From sequence record PP886230.1: 64,000 nt of DNA; one strand, 5' to 3'. The translations under genes and the position numbers were made by a program. The notes beneath the pieces are model-generated. The model worked only from the letters and a program-made list of their open reading frames with translations. It was not told the DNA's origin and searched no databases. The stretch's first letter is position 1; every line of letters starts with the position of its first letter. Shown here in pieces: positions 39,112-51,488 of this stretch.

Positions 39112-41400
39112 ATGAATCTTACTCAATTGTTCAAAAAAAGCGACGAACTGGCAACATCTCTAGGTCATACATTCTTGACTATTGACCACGTAAGTGCCAC
39201 AGTACTGACTATTGATAGCATCAAGAACGTATTTGAAGATATGAACATTGATGCAGACAAACTGCACAACCGCCTGATGAACTATCTTAAAAATACAACA
39301 GTTCCACATGCACCAAAAAGTGTTAAAGATGAAGACGCGAATCGAACTTCACTTCTAGTGAATCGCGTTGTACATGAGCTTTCTAAAAAATCAGTTATTG
39401 AACAACTAAAAAGTGATGATTTTTCGATTGATGCATATTTTGTTCTATTCGAATGTCTGTCTTTCCCTAACACAGCACTAGAAGCTGCGTTAAAAGAAGA
39501 AGGTGTTAGCTGTACTGAAGCTGCACGTGCATTACAGAAACACGTTGAGTCACTTGATAAGGGTATCAACTTACAAAGTATTAATGACGAACCGATTGGA
39601 GATAAAAAAGTGGCCCAACAGCAGCAATCATCTAAACAAAAAGGTTTGGAAGACTATACAACGAATCTAACTGCTCTTGCAAAAGAAGGCAAACTAGATC
39701 CTATGATTGGTCGCCAGAAAGAATTGTCTGCATTGATTGAGACTCTTGCTCGCAAAACCAAAAAGAATGCTATTCTCACTGGTGAAGCTGGTGTAGGTAA
39801 AACACAAATCATCGACGGGCTTGCACAAGCTATTGCTGATGGTAACGTACCTGAACACCTGAAAGACGTTGAAATTCTTTCACTAAATGTTGGTGCATTG
39901 ACTGCTGGTACTAAGTATCGTGGTGAATTTGAAGAACGCATCGACAATTTGCTAAAAGAACTAAAGAAACGTGAAAATACTATTGTTTTCATTGATGAAA
40001 TTCATATTATGGTTGGGGCTGGTTCCGCAAGTAATGGTTCTATGGACATGAGCAATATGCTTAAGCCAGCACTTTCACGTGGTGAGATTCGTGTAATTGG
40101 TGCAACAACATATGATGAATATCGTAAAAATATCGAGAAAGATAGTGCATTAACTCGTCGTTTTATGAAAATTGACGTAGTTGAGCCGACAATTGATGAA
40201 ACTCGTGCAATTGTTAATGGTTTGAAACCAACGTATGAAAAATTCCATAATGTTGAGTTCACATCTGATGCAATGGATGCTGTAATTTCTCTCAGTGATA
40301 AATTCCTGAAGAATAAGCACTTCCCAGATAAAGCAATTGATCTAATGGATGCTGCTGCGGCTAAAGTTCGTTCACGTGACAACAATAGTAAGCTAATTAC
40401 TGCCAATTTGATTCAAGAAGTTGTTGCTGGTATTGCCAATTTGGATATCAACGTGGTTGCATGTACTGAAAGTGATCGTATGCGTAATCTACCAGATGCA
40501 CTACGCTCACGTGTATACGGTCAAGAGGAAGCTATTCAAAAATTAGTTGATAACGTGATGGTAGCTCGTGCAGGACTGCGTGACAAATCTAGTGTTCAGG
40601 GTGCATTTATGTTTGTTGGACCATCTGGTACTGGTAAAACAGAAATTACCAAAGCATTAGCAGACGCAACTGGTGCGGAACTCATTCGCTTTGATATGTC
40701 AGAATTTTCTCAAGAACATACTGTTTCTAAACTAATTGGTTCACCTCCAGGTTATGTTGGTCATGATTCTGGTAACGGTTTACTGTTGGATAAAATTGAG
40801 CAGTTCCCTAATGCAGTACTGTTACTTGATGAAATTGAAAAAGCAGATCGTAAAGTACTACTAACCTTCCTACAGGTTTTGGATGAAGGTCGTCTGACTG
40901 GTTCTCAAGGTAAAACTGTATATTTTAATAACGTAACTGTTATTATGACTACAAACCTTGGTGCGGCTGATTCAACAAAGCGTAGCATTGGTATGAGCGG
41001 TAGTGACACTGCACAGGACAAGGCAATTAAAGCATTCTTGCCACCAGAGTTTATTAACCGTATTGATAGTATCGTTACGTTTAAAGACCTAAGCAGTGAA
41101 GCTATTGACAGCATCATTGATAAGTTCATGGGTGGTTTGAATGAACAAGTCAAAGACCGTAATGTTAAAGTTACATTAACAAAAGCTGCACGTGAATGGC
41201 TTGCGAAAAATGGGGTAAAAGTTGGTATGGGTGCACGTCCAATGAAACGTACCATTGAACAAAACATTCGTGTGCCACTAGCTAAAGAAATGTTGTGTGG
41301 TTCACTTGTGAATGGTGGTAACATTACATTTGATGTTATTGATGGTAAAATCGGTATTAAGCCGAAACGTACCAAAGCTGTAGATAAAGCACTAGTATAA
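39112..41400 (+). CDS. clpA: ClpA-like Hsp100 AAA+ unfoldase
   Basis: Clp-N (GHTFLTIDH), [59 protein letters not shown]; no ClpB middle domain; GGAG SD favours ATG 39112. Confidence 0.9.
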   Translation: MNLTQLFKKSDELATSLGHTFLTIDHVSATVLTIDSIKNVFEDMNIDADKLHNRLMNYLKNTTVPHAPKSVKDEDANRTSLLVNRVVHELSKKSVIEQLKSDDFSIDAYFVLFECLSFPNTALEAALKEEGVSCTEAARALQKHVESLDKGINLQSINDEPIGDKKVAQQQQSSKQKGLEDYTTNLTALAKEGKLDPMIGRQKELSALIETLARKTKKNAILTGEAGVGKTQIIDGLAQAIADGNVPEHLKDVEILSLNVGALTAGTKYRGEFEERIDNLLKELKKRENTIVFIDEIHIMVGAGSASNGSMDMSNMLKPALSRGEIRVIGATTYDEYRKNIEKDSALTRRFMKIDVVEPTIDETRAIVNGLKPTYEKFHNVEFTSDAMDAVISLSDKFLKNKHFPDKAIDLMDAAAAKVRSRDNNSKLITANLIQEVVAGIANLDINVVACTESDRMRNLPDALRSRVYGQEEAIQKLVDNVMVARAGLRDKSSVQGAFMFVGPSGTGKTEITKALADATGAELIRFDMSEFSQEHTVSKLIGSPPGYVGHDSGNGLLLDKIEQFPNAVLLLDEIEKADRKVLLTFLQVLDEGRLTGSQGKTVYFNNVTVIMTTNLGAADSTKRSIGMSGSDTAQDKAIKAFLPPEFINRIDSIVTFKDLSSEAIDSIIDKFMGGLNEQVKDRNVKVTLTKAAREWLAKNGVKVGMGARPMKRTIEQNIRVPLAKEMLCGSLVNGGNITFDVIDGKIGIKPKRTKAVDKALV

Positions 41401-41406
41401 AAAAAG

Positions 41407-41436
41407 AAAAGGAGAGCATATTGCTCTCCTTTTTTT
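41407..41436. terminator. bidirectional terminator
   Basis: aaaaggagagca-tat-tgctctcctttttt between convergent genes. Confidence 0.85.
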
Positions 41437-41437
41437 A

Positions 41438-44400
41438 TTACTTAACTAATAATATATTTTTAATATCATTACCACTAACTTGTAGACTATCAGTGTATAC
41501 TGAAAGATCTATAGTGTAACTATTTTGTGTGTAACGTTTTAACATATCATAATTACCTAAATTAATTCCATTGAAAGAATATGTAGTATTAAGTTTAAAA
41601 TCATGTTCTGCACTATACATTACACCACGGAGTAAATTATTTGCATTTCTAACTTCAACTTTTTCATATCCAATCGATATAATATCATTCATGTTTGCGG
41701 CTGAACCGGATAAAACATTATTTCTAATACTATAAGGACTTATTGATTTAGGTTGAGAAACATAGGTTGTATTTTCTTCACTAATGGTTGTGATGTTAGT
41801 AACAGTACCACCAACAACACCGATATACATACCGTCAACCATTGGGAATCCATAAACCCATATCCCTTCATTATTTCTAAACGGTTGAATAACACTTGAA
41901 TCATATTCGATAACGTTGATTTCTAAACTATCAGTCATTTTAGTTCTTGCCAATTCACTAAGAACTCCCGCACCCGTAATTGGTAAGTTATAACCGTTAT
42001 CGATAGTAATTCCATCAACATCAAATATTTCATTAGAGATTATCCAAACGTCAACGTCATCTGGTGTTATTCCGTCATTGTACTTACCACCATTTAAAGT
42101 AGTATCGTAGAAAACATCATAATTAATTACATCAATGGTGTAATTTCTATTTTGTTCATACAATTTAATACCATTCTTGACAAATTCAGGGTCAGCAAAT
42201 GTTCTAACACGAACAATGTTCAATGCTAGAGGCTGTACTGGCTCATTTTGTTGTGCAAGAGTGATGTTATCATAACGGAGAACTGCACCAGTACTCTCAT
42301 CAATCAATTCAATCGTTTCCTTACCTGTATTTCTTACAGTGAATAGGATCGGAGTTGTATTGTTTTTGATGTTAGATACACGCAAGATTGTTTCCCATGT
42401 GTGATTTTGATATCTCACAAAATCTTCACCATCAGGAGTGAAAATCATCACCTTATCACCATCAGATAGGTCATTGTCAACTATTTCTGCTTCAGTTAAG
42501 CTATTAATAGATCTCACACGATAGAAATATTTTTCATCAAACTTCGATGTTGTTTTATTAATATCATTTTCAATCTTAGCATATGAAGGAATACTTACAA
42601 TTGCTTCTGTATGTTTATATGGATTGATAATTGCCATACCTTCAGTTTGATATCTGCTGTTATCACGTAATTGTACAAGAGATACATTGTCAAACCCATA
42701 TCCATCAACTGTAAATCTAATTTGACCTACATCACGCCCAGAAGGGTTTATGTCAGATATATCCACAATATAAGGATCAACTTCATCATCTTTAACTTCC
42801 CATTTTATTGAAGAAGTTTGAGATTCCAATGCTAGGTTATCAAATGCATTCATATCATTGAAGTACTTAGCTTCAGTAATACTATCAAGTATATATTGAT
42901 AATCAGAATACATTGGATTATTTTGATCTAGTGGTAAATCATCAAGATTTATTTCAGCTAGTTCAACCATTTCACCATTTGTGATAAAATAATCTTCCAT
43001 GAAATCATCAATACTTTGTTCATCAGGTATACTTTGATATACACCGTTAACATTTAAGTAAACATATTTTCGTGGAATCATTGTAATTGCATAGATATCA
43101 ATTGGGGTCTTACTAAGAATCTCTTCAGCTTTTTCGTACTTATCAGTAGCGTCTTTGTCGAATAACCCTCTCATACCTGCTAATACGTGAATAGCATCAG
43201 TATAGAAACGGGTATCACCACCTACTTCATCATAACGATAAACATATACACCATACTCAACTTCAAGTTTAACTTTTACTTCATAGTCTGATGCGTCAGG
43301 ATTTTTATCTTTAATTAATGAAATGTATTTTTGATACAATTCACTGCTTATTTCAAAATATCCATAGTTATAATCATTACTAGAAGAAAAGCCTAATGGA
43401 AGTCTAGTACTAGGATTGTCATTATAAGTAAGTCCACTAAATCCACATCCAACTTCATCGTGAATTTTCTCATCACTTATATCTTTATAAAGTTTCAAAC
43501 GGTTTGCCAATGTGTTATACTGAACATATTGTCTAAGGTCAGTAAACATATCGTTATGCGTTGATTCTTTATAAACACGTTCCAATGTAGCAGTGAATTC
43601 ATCAGTTGCTTCTAAATCTTCCGCATGGTCTTTATACCACTGGTTAACGCCATATGCTGTTCCTAGTGTTACATCCAATTCTGGATAGTAGATTTGCATT
43701 TGATAAGCAATAAGAAGATCGAAAGTTTCTTCACTATATTCTGGGAAAGAATATATATAACGTTGTAATTCATAGTTACTAACAGCATCCTTTTCATTGG
43801 ATTGATATTTGTTATTAACACTTACTAATTCATTTATGCTTGCCAAATCTTCATTTGGTTTACACTGAATATTATCATAATGCATAATAATATCAATTTC
43901 TTGGAATCTTCTATTTGGTGTAACGAAATCACTTGGTAGTGAACCTACCTGTTCCCATTTTTGGGTAATTTCATTAAATTGAGCGTACTCATAATCCCAA
44001 ATATCTTTTTCAGTTTTGATCCAATAACCATCAACGAAAATATATCCATTAGGATCTAAATCATTACATAGACCTTTTATTAAATCATCATCAGATGTCT
44101 TTTGCTCTATTTGTGAACGAATTTTAGTTCTATAAGGTTTAACTTCTTCAAAATATTCAACAATTTGATTAATCAAATTATCGTTTGAATAGTTTTGAAC
44201 TAATGATTGTTCCAAACCAACAATATAGATATATGATGTTTTAAATACCCAATCCACAACACTTTGTTCAACATGTACATATTTGACCATATCAAAAACA
44301 ATTTCGCTTTGATGTAAATCGAAAGAATTTTTGAGTAAAGCTAGTGCTTTACGAACGTTGATTTCACGATTGCTTAGTGAACCATTATCATTATGAACAC

Positions 44401-47400
44401 TATAATCTGCGTAAAGCATATCATTGAGTTCAACTGTACTGTTTTCACGACCAATCGCTTTCCAATAAATTGAATCGCGTGATTGTGATTTAATATACAA
44501 TGTCCAAATGTTTTCACTATCGGTAACTCTGATAATATCGCCAACTTGGTAGTTTTTAGTATTAGCATCTTCTAAGCTTGACTCTTGAGTATAAGTCGTG
44601 TTACTATCATATCCAACATCATACCAATCAGCATATGACCAGTACTGAGTCATGTCTAATGAGGTTCCTAGTGATTCAACATAATCAGATTGTTTAATCA
44701 TTTTATGTTGTCCCTCACCTTTGTTTTCTAACGTTATAGTAACAACACTACCCGCGTTTGCTGGACTATTCATTAACTGAATATATCCATTTTCGTCGAA
44801 GTGAATAAAATAAACAGCACTAGAAGTTAATGGATTTGGTAGATATCCACTAGTACTTAAAATAACAGCGTCATTTTCTTTAAATTTATCACTTTCAACT
44901 GCAATAACTAATTCATTATTGTAAGACAACACACGGAAAGAAACTTCATTAGGGTTAACTTCAGTGGTTTTAACATTAAACACATCTTCCATAACAACAC
45001 TATTAGTGGTTATGTTTTGTGATCTATAATAATTATTAGCACTTTCTACAAAGTTTCTACGAGCTTCTATAACATTTTGGAACCAAGTTTTGTTTGATCC
45101 TAAACCGTTATCAACATCTGGATATAATAAATTAATCACAGAACCTGATTCAGTAGTTTCTTGTCCAATTAAAGAATTCCACATTGAATCCCAAATTAGA
45201 GGGTTAAAGTTATAACTATCACCTTCCTTGCATAGTTGGTACTGATCATGTTTAACAACTTCAGTATTATCCATGTAATAAGAAATTGTCAAAATACTAG
45301 TATCATCATTAACTTTAAACTGCATATTACTAAGAATAAACGAGTTTTCATTGATTGGTGCAAACCAAGGAATGTTTAACTGTGATGGATCTTTAATAAT
45401 ACGAGCAATATCAGTACATGATTTTGTTCTGGTATGTAGTGGTGGTACATAAATGGTATCACGTACCCAGAAGTAGTATTTTGTAACATAAGTATCAGTT
45501 GAGCTATCATATTCCAAAAATGTACTATAGTTATCTTCAAGAGCGGTTCCGCTTGGTAGATACATAGTATTATTTTTGTTTTTCTTAGCAACGTCTTTAC
45601 AATACTTATCCCAATTATATGGCTCTACTGGAGAACAAACCCATTCCAACACATCAATGGTACTATGTGGTAATAAACGACCCCAGTTATAACGTTTGTA
45701 TTCATTAGTTGCATCAATATCAACGTTTCCGTCTGCATCATAAATTGCACGTGTATAATCCAAATAAAATGCAGTACTTGTATTCCACCATACTTGACCA
45801 ACTTTATCAGCACCCCAAGCCTGAATTAATTCACCATTGCTATTATATTGTGCTGGGTCTATTGGTGACGTATAAGTTACGTTTTGCATTGCTGCACCAG
45901 GAATAACCCCATTGATAGGGTCATACACATTTAGATATAATGCAGTAATGTTAGTACGTTCATCATATGTAGTTGGACGGTCAAAAAAAGTACTTTGTGG
46001 TGCTTTGTAACTATACTTTTTGTCAATATATGCTTGACGCTCTTCTGCACTGGCAAAACGTGATACATAACGATACAAACGTGGACGTGTATCTGGATCA
46101 GTAAATTCAATATCAATAGAAGTGTCAAATGGAACTACCATAACTTTAGGATCAGAACCAGCAGTATAATATTGACTTTCTACTGTTAAAGTATCTGGCA
46201 TAAAGTTAGTTTCATCAACAAAATAATAATAATCACCATCTTCAAGTGGTACATTATCAGTTAAAGTTACTTTACAAAATTGTTCAGCATACACATCGGT
46301 ATTTTCAATAGGTGTTATAGAAACCATTTGTACATTAGTATCAACTAATTCAAAAATATTCCATAAACCATTTCCGTCTTTAAACATCCAAACAGATTCA
46401 GGGTTTTCACCTTTACCATTAGTGTAAGTTATACGGTCATTATATGCAGTACTGAAATCTTTTGTAGTGTAAGATACTTCATCCAATGTTACTGGACCAA
46501 TATCTGGAAGTTGAATGTTTTCACTTCTTCCACTACGCATCGGGAATGAGAACTTACCATTTGGACGTGTAATCCAACGAGGATCTTTACCTTGTTCGCC
46601 GAAGTATACAATATTGTTTCCATTTCCATTTGAAGTAGCGTTTACATCAAAAGATACCATTTGTGGTTGTTGTTTAAATTGGTCATTGATTAGTTTAAAT
46701 TGAAGGTTTTTCTTACCATCAATATTACCATATGTACCAATTTTAAATGCCCATTCTTGTAATGCTTTATATTCATCAGTGTCATATGATTTAGAAACAC
46801 GAAGTACACGTTCTAAAACTTGGTTAGTACCTTTATCGTGAATGAATCCTTTATAGAAATCAACACGACTAACATCACTACTAATCATACGCTGTAGATA
46901 ATCACGAGATTGATAACCAATCAAATGGTTTGACAACTCTTGTAATTGTACATCACTTACTGGAGTTTCACTATCATAATAATGTTGGAAATCCGACACT
47001 AATTTTTCAAATGATGGTAGTGTTCCAGCTTCCAAGATAATAAATCCAGGAGCTTGTAGGCGACCAGTCCATGAACCAGTAATATATCCATACATTTTAA
47101 TTAGTTCTTGAATAGAACCATATGTTGGCTGATAAATGTAATCACCAAAAATAGTTTTATCATCAAAAATAACAGCATGTTCATATGAACACAAACTTAA
47201 ACGAATCAATGCAATGCGTTTATTAGATTCTAAAGTTCTAACAGTGAAGATATTTCCAATACGAGAAGTTTCAATTTCATATTGGCGAATACCTTGGTTA
47301 TTATCATCAAGTAATGACCATACACCACCATTATTTTGCGTAATAGATTGTACTGAACCAAAGTCTGCCCCAAATTTAGCGTTTGCAGAACTTGGGGTAC

Positions 47401-50400
47401 AAGAAATAAATTCACCAGTTACTAGAGAATTCTGACTCCAGATCACGAAATCTTTAGCAATAGTGTTCCAATCTTGTTGAGCACCACTATCATTTACATC
47501 TTCAAAAATCCAACCATGTTCTTTAAGATATTCACCATATCCACAAATAAAAGTATAAACTTCTTGGTAACTATTGAAAACTTTACCATATTCAATTGAA
47601 GCTTCAGACTTCCATTCATTATAATGAACAACATTACGGTTTTCCAATTTAAGAGTTACTTTTCTACCATTTTTTACGGGAAGTTTATATTTAAATTTAG
47701 CACCAACTAGATCATATCCATCAATCTGATATGCACTACCATTCCAAGTAATTTTGATCGCACTCATTTGCTCATCACGGATATTATTAGAACGAACAAG
47801 ACCAATGGTTTGGTTTTCTTGTGAAATAAGACCGAAAGATTTAGCATTGAATGTTAGCTGATCTGCTTTAGTAAATCCTCCAATTTTATGACCAACATTT
47901 ATATAAGAAGAACGAACTACATCCCCATACTTGGTGGTAATATTTTTATTTTGATACATCAAATGGTCACTTACAAACATTTGATAACCAATGGTTCTTG
48001 TGCTATTTTCACCATGAACTACTGTATTTTTATCAAAATTAATACGCTTACGTGTATCACCATAAAGGAATTGTGAACCATCAGTGAATACTTCTTTTAA
48101 GTTATCATTGCGGGTATCCCAGAAATAGTTAGCAAATTGTGCTGGTTTAGCTTTATACAAAAGCATCATTTGGTCATATGCAAACAATGTAGTGTTCATG
48201 TATGTAAATTCCATGTCACCCATATCACCATATGTCCAAGGTTCTGCTCTATGATTTAAAGATCCAGACACTAAACCTAAAATTTCAGGTGCAATATATT
48301 CAACCACACAAATATCAATACCAGAAGATGTTTTATTTCCAGTTTTTGTAATTTTGAATGGCTGTACACCAAATCTTTTATATTTGTCATATTGACCACG
48401 ACGATCACCAAATAAAATAGTTCCAGTACTGCTATCTCCAATAGTTCCGTCAATATCCCAAAGACCACTAGGAACTAAATCACCTTGCTCATTCATAACA
48501 AGTGCTTCATATACATATACAACATCACTATCACGTTCACCAACTTGAACAGCCGTTGGTTCGTATTCTTGGTTCCACCAAGTTGGACGTTGTGTAAAGC
48601 CAAACATTTCCCACGGATGGGTAGCTGGGCGATATGTACCATATTGGTCAGTGTAAATGGCACGCCATGAACCACGTGCAGGAATTTCAGTACTTTGGCC
48701 ATTAACTACATAATAAGTGCCAGTATAGTTCCAAGTTCTCCAATTGTTAGGATCATAATCATGTGTACTATTACTGATACCATTAGTTGCGGTGAAGTTA
48801 ATGTATCCACGTAGTAATAATGTTTGTTTCTCTTCAGCACTATATTCAGTTTTAGTGAAATATGGTGTAGGGAAAAGGTCATCACTATTCAATACTGGTA
48901 CGTAATCAACATCTTTGAATTTATTATCAATACTATTAAAAATTCTATTTTCTAATTCATATACAACATCATCCATTTTATCAACACCATTGATAACACG
49001 GTATGCTTTGGAAATAATACCAGTATGACTGATGTTATAACAGCTTGGTTTACTACCAGCAGTGAGGAATGTCGCTTTTTCTGGTACATATGCTTGAAGA
49101 ATACCTAAGAACTGTGGTGTTGGTGGTATAAATGCACGAATGAATCCAGAAGTACTTCCAACATTATCATAATAGAATGGGAATGAACTATCACGTCCCA
49201 TATTAATAGTAGTTAAAATTGCATCAACAATGTTTGCAGCACTATTTTGTAAAAAGTCTGATGGATTTTCATCATACATACGAAGCATTTGTGTATTAAA
49301 TTTATTAATGAATCTAAAATATTCAGATTGCATAAACATAGTTGCTTCAAACAAATCAATATCTTCATTTGCAGTATGTGCCATCAATGGAAGCATAGAT
49401 GCTTCATTTTGGATAATTTTAGTACCTACGCCATTATTAACCAATCCTTTAGCCAAACGTTCTTCATAGTCATTGAAATCATCAGAAGAACCACGTGTAA
49501 TGTTCTTTTGAATAATATCCTGAAAATGTAAAGTGTAGTCACCTTGGTTAATGTATATAATATTAGAATTATATGGGTTATTTTGTAGGTTGATTGGAAC
49601 TTCATATGCACCTAATTCTTTATTAGGAGTTACAGTACTGCTATAAGTTCTGATTTGAATAACAGAATCTTCATCCAATTCTACAGTACTATCTAGAGTG
49701 ATGCTTTGTACTTGACCTTTTGAAACATTTTTGGTATATTTGGACACATCAACACCATCAACCACAACTTCAATAATATCAGAGTCATTATCTAAAACTT
49801 TTTGTGCCAATTCGAATGTATGGTCATATTTTACAATCTGAACACCATCACCAGTAATTGGATGCCAATCTAGATAAGTTTCTCGGTCAGCTTTATAGTA
49901 CTGATATGTTCTATCAACTTCAATAACATATGCATACATACCATCAACTGGTTCTTTAAAAACTTCCATATCATAAACAGTACTGAATACACGATACATA
50001 TCAGTACGTTGGACTTGTGGAGTTTGTTTTACAAATTGTTTAGAGTACTCTTCTGAACGAACCCAATCGGTTTGAAGATTCATTTCATTATTTTCATCAA
50101 TAATGTTATAATAGTATAAACCATCAATTTCAACTTCTTTTCCAAGATGGTCATAGGTATAACGTTGGGATTGTAAAAAGTTTTCATAAATGTAATAATT
50201 ATAATCACCAAGTTCAATGTTATATCCATATACACTATCAGTTGCATAGTTGTAATTTATTTTAAAACCAAACAACTCTGAACCTTTAAAGTTACTTGAT
50301 GGATATGTAGTACTGTTGTCAAGTTTGATACCATTACGATCATAAAGTTGGAATTTAGGGAATACGTTAACACTAGTTTTTGATTGTGCACGAACCCACA

Positions 50401-51409
50401 AAGATCCATTCCAGTACATAGAACTATTACCATACTCATTACCTTTAGTGATTAGAACAACATCACCATCTTGTGGTTCACCACTTGGGCGTGATTCGGT
50501 TTCTTCTTCTGGATCTAGTGCTAAACCATAAACACGAGTACCATCTTGCATTTTTTTCACATATACATTATAAATTCTATTGTTTTCACCATTGTTACCA
50601 ATACTGGTGAATAGAATACGCATTCCATCTTGCGGAATAATACCATCAATACGTATACCACTATTAATATCTTTTTGAACGATATCTTCAGGTTTAATAA
50701 TATCAGAGAACAGATCAACAGTTCCACGGAATTTTGTACCGTAGTTAATTAGCTCAATATTTTTATTATATTCAATAATTGGTGCACGTGCACGAATAAA
50801 ACGTGAATCTTGCATTAATTCTTCAGTTAATATTGAGCCATCTTCTAATGTTTCACCTAAAGTATACCAAAAGTTTTGTAGTGACCATGTATTACCATTA
50901 AGTGCTCCACGTTCCATTACAATGTAATCAGGTGAAGTAATATTATAAGAGTTTTTAGTATCCCAAAGATATGAGCTAAAATTGTTCATTTTATTTGGGT
51001 TAATAGCTGGAGTCCATGCATAAAACTTACCGTTGAACAAACGGCTTTCATTATCGGTTAGTGCTCCATAATGATTCATGTATCCAACTAGATCATCATA
51101 AAATTGAATTGAACGAATTGTCGAATCATCATTTTTTGAGACGTAAGCAGTGGACAACTGATAAAGTTGACGTGCTACAGTACTTTCATGTAAGAAGATA
51201 TTACCAGCAGCGGCAGGAGAACCCATATCACCAATATAGCCGTCAACTAATTCGTTTTCAGCCGGATTAAACCATTGTTGAATAACATCATCACTGACTT
51301 TTTGAATATCTTCTAAGCCTTGCATCCACTCAGGCAATCTTTTAATAAAAAGCTTCTTCTGTACTGCTTCAGCCATCTGTGTAGGTTGAAACTTAAAATT
51401 ATTAGTCAT
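41438..51409 (-). CDS. giant virion structural protein (3323 aa), probable baseplate component
   Basis: uninterrupted 10-kb ORF downstream of gp6; GGAG SD favours ATG 51409; late TAAATA at 51446-51451 (minus); function inferred from context. Confidence 0.7.
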   Translation of the reverse strand: MTNNFKFQPTQMAEAVQKKLFIKRLPEWMQGLEDIQKVSDDVIQQWFNPAENELVDGYIGDMGSPAAAGNIFLHESTVARQLYQLSTAYVSKNDDSTIRSIQFYDDLVGYMNHYGALTDNESRLFNGKFYAWTPAINPNKMNNFSSYLWDTKNSYNITSPDYIVMERGALNGNTWSLQNFWYTLGETLEDGSILTEELMQDSRFIRARAPIIEYNKNIELINYGTKFRGTVDLFSDIIKPEDIVQKDINSGIRIDGIIPQDGMRILFTSIGNNGENNRIYNVYVKKMQDGTRVYGLALDPEEETESRPSGEPQDGDVVLITKGNEYGNSSMYWNGSLWVRAQSKTSVNVFPKFQLYDRNGIKLDNSTTYPSSNFKGSELFGFKINYNYATDSVYGYNIELGDYNYYIYENFLQSQRYTYDHLGKEVEIDGLYYYNIIDENNEMNLQTDWVRSEEYSKQFVKQTPQVQRTDMYRVFSTVYDMEVFKEPVDGMYAYVIEVDRTYQYYKADRETYLDWHPITGDGVQIVKYDHTFELAQKVLDNDSDIIEVVVDGVDVSKYTKNVSKGQVQSITLDSTVELDEDSVIQIRTYSSTVTPNKELGAYEVPINLQNNPYNSNIIYINQGDYTLHFQDIIQKNITRGSSDDFNDYEERLAKGLVNNGVGTKIIQNEASMLPLMAHTANEDIDLFEATMFMQSEYFRFINKFNTQMLRMYDENPSDFLQNSAANIVDAILTTINMGRDSSFPFYYDNVGSTSGFIRAFIPPTPQFLGILQAYVPEKATFLTAGSKPSCYNISHTGIISKAYRVINGVDKMDDVVYELENRIFNSIDNKFKDVDYVPVLNSDDLFPTPYFTKTEYSAEEKQTLLLRGYINFTATNGISNSTHDYDPNNWRTWNYTGTYYVVNGQSTEIPARGSWRAIYTDQYGTYRPATHPWEMFGFTQRPTWWNQEYEPTAVQVGERDSDVVYVYEALVMNEQGDLVPSGLWDIDGTIGDSSTGTILFGDRRGQYDKYKRFGVQPFKITKTGNKTSSGIDICVVEYIAPEILGLVSGSLNHRAEPWTYGDMGDMEFTYMNTTLFAYDQMMLLYKAKPAQFANYFWDTRNDNLKEVFTDGSQFLYGDTRKRINFDKNTVVHGENSTRTIGYQMFVSDHLMYQNKNITTKYGDVVRSSYINVGHKIGGFTKADQLTFNAKSFGLISQENQTIGLVRSNNIRDEQMSAIKITWNGSAYQIDGYDLVGAKFKYKLPVKNGRKVTLKLENRNVVHYNEWKSEASIEYGKVFNSYQEVYTFICGYGEYLKEHGWIFEDVNDSGAQQDWNTIAKDFVIWSQNSLVTGEFISCTPSSANAKFGADFGSVQSITQNNGGVWSLLDDNNQGIRQYEIETSRIGNIFTVRTLESNKRIALIRLSLCSYEHAVIFDDKTIFGDYIYQPTYGSIQELIKMYGYITGSWTGRLQAPGFIILEAGTLPSFEKLVSDFQHYYDSETPVSDVQLQELSNHLIGYQSRDYLQRMISSDVSRVDFYKGFIHDKGTNQVLERVLRVSKSYDTDEYKALQEWAFKIGTYGNIDGKKNLQFKLINDQFKQQPQMVSFDVNATSNGNGNNIVYFGEQGKDPRWITRPNGKFSFPMRSGRSENIQLPDIGPVTLDEVSYTTKDFSTAYNDRITYTNGKGENPESVWMFKDGNGLWNIFELVDTNVQMVSITPIENTDVYAEQFCKVTLTDNVPLEDGDYYYFVDETNFMPDTLTVESQYYTAGSDPKVMVVPFDTSIDIEFTDPDTRPRLYRYVSRFASAEERQAYIDKKYSYKAPQSTFFDRPTTYDERTNITALYLNVYDPINGVIPGAAMQNVTYTSPIDPAQYNSNGELIQAWGADKVGQVWWNTSTAFYLDYTRAIYDADGNVDIDATNEYKRYNWGRLLPHSTIDVLEWVCSPVEPYNWDKYCKDVAKKNKNNTMYLPSGTALEDNYSTFLEYDSSTDTYVTKYYFWVRDTIYVPPLHTRTKSCTDIARIIKDPSQLNIPWFAPINENSFILSNMQFKVNDDTSILTISYYMDNTEVVKHDQYQLCKEGDSYNFNPLIWDSMWNSLIGQETTESGSVINLLYPDVDNGLGSNKTWFQNVIEARRNFVESANNYYRSQNITTNSVVMEDVFNVKTTEVNPNEVSFRVLSYNNELVIAVESDKFKENDAVILSTSGYLPNPLTSSAVYFIHFDENGYIQLMNSPANAGSVVTITLENKGEGQHKMIKQSDYVESLGTSLDMTQYWSYADWYDVGYDSNTTYTQESSLEDANTKNYQVGDIIRVTDSENIWTLYIKSQSRDSIYWKAIGRENSTVELNDMLYADYSVHNDNGSLSNREINVRKALALLKNSFDLHQSEIVFDMVKYVHVEQSVVDWVFKTSYIYIVGLEQSLVQNYSNDNLINQIVEYFEEVKPYRTKIRSQIEQKTSDDDLIKGLCNDLDPNGYIFVDGYWIKTEKDIWDYEYAQFNEITQKWEQVGSLPSDFVTPNRRFQEIDIIMHYDNIQCKPNEDLASINELVSVNNKYQSNEKDAVSNYELQRYIYSFPEYSEETFDLLIAYQMQIYYPELDVTLGTAYGVNQWYKDHAEDLEATDEFTATLERVYKESTHNDMFTDLRQYVQYNTLANRLKLYKDISDEKIHDEVGCGFSGLTYNDNPSTRLPLGFSSSNDYNYGYFEISSELYQKYISLIKDKNPDASDYEVKVKLEVEYGVYVYRYDEVGGDTRFYTDAIHVLAGMRGLFDKDATDKYEKAEEILSKTPIDIYAITMIPRKYVYLNVNGVYQSIPDEQSIDDFMEDYFITNGEMVELAEINLDDLPLDQNNPMYSDYQYILDSITEAKYFNDMNAFDNLALESQTSSIKWEVKDDEVDPYIVDISDINPSGRDVGQIRFTVDGYGFDNVSLVQLRDNSRYQTEGMAIINPYKHTEAIVSIPSYAKIENDINKTTSKFDEKYFYRVRSINSLTEAEIVDNDLSDGDKVMIFTPDGEDFVRYQNHTWETILRVSNIKNNTTPILFTVRNTGKETIELIDESTGAVLRYDNITLAQQNEPVQPLALNIVRVRTFADPEFVKNGIKLYEQNRNYTIDVINYDVFYDTTLNGGKYNDGITPDDVDVWIISNEIFDVDGITIDNGYNLPITGAGVLSELARTKMTDSLEINVIEYDSSVIQPFRNNEGIWVYGFPMVDGMYIGVVGGTVTNITTISEENTTYVSQPKSISPYSIRNNVLSGSAANMNDIISIGYEKVEVRNANNLLRGVMYSAEHDFKLNTTYSFNGINLGNYDMLKRYTQNSYTIDLSVYTDSLQVSGNDIKNILLVK

Positions 51410-51457
51410 TTTTGGACTCCATATAATTCGTTCATTCATTTGATTTATTTATGATAT

Positions 51458-51481
51458 AAAAAAGGCGTTCCGAAGAACGCC
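51458..51481 (-). terminator. terminator with C(UUCG)G tetraloop
   Basis: ggcgttc-cgaa-gaacgcc on + (UUCG loop on minus) with a U-tract on minus. Confidence 0.8.
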
Positions 51482-51488
51482 CGTTATA

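Noticed and set aside
41438-51409. Giant ORF as tape measure protein
   Set aside because: Aromatic, beta/mixed composition without the long Ala/Gly-rich helical repeats of tape measures; no tape measure gene identified in this window
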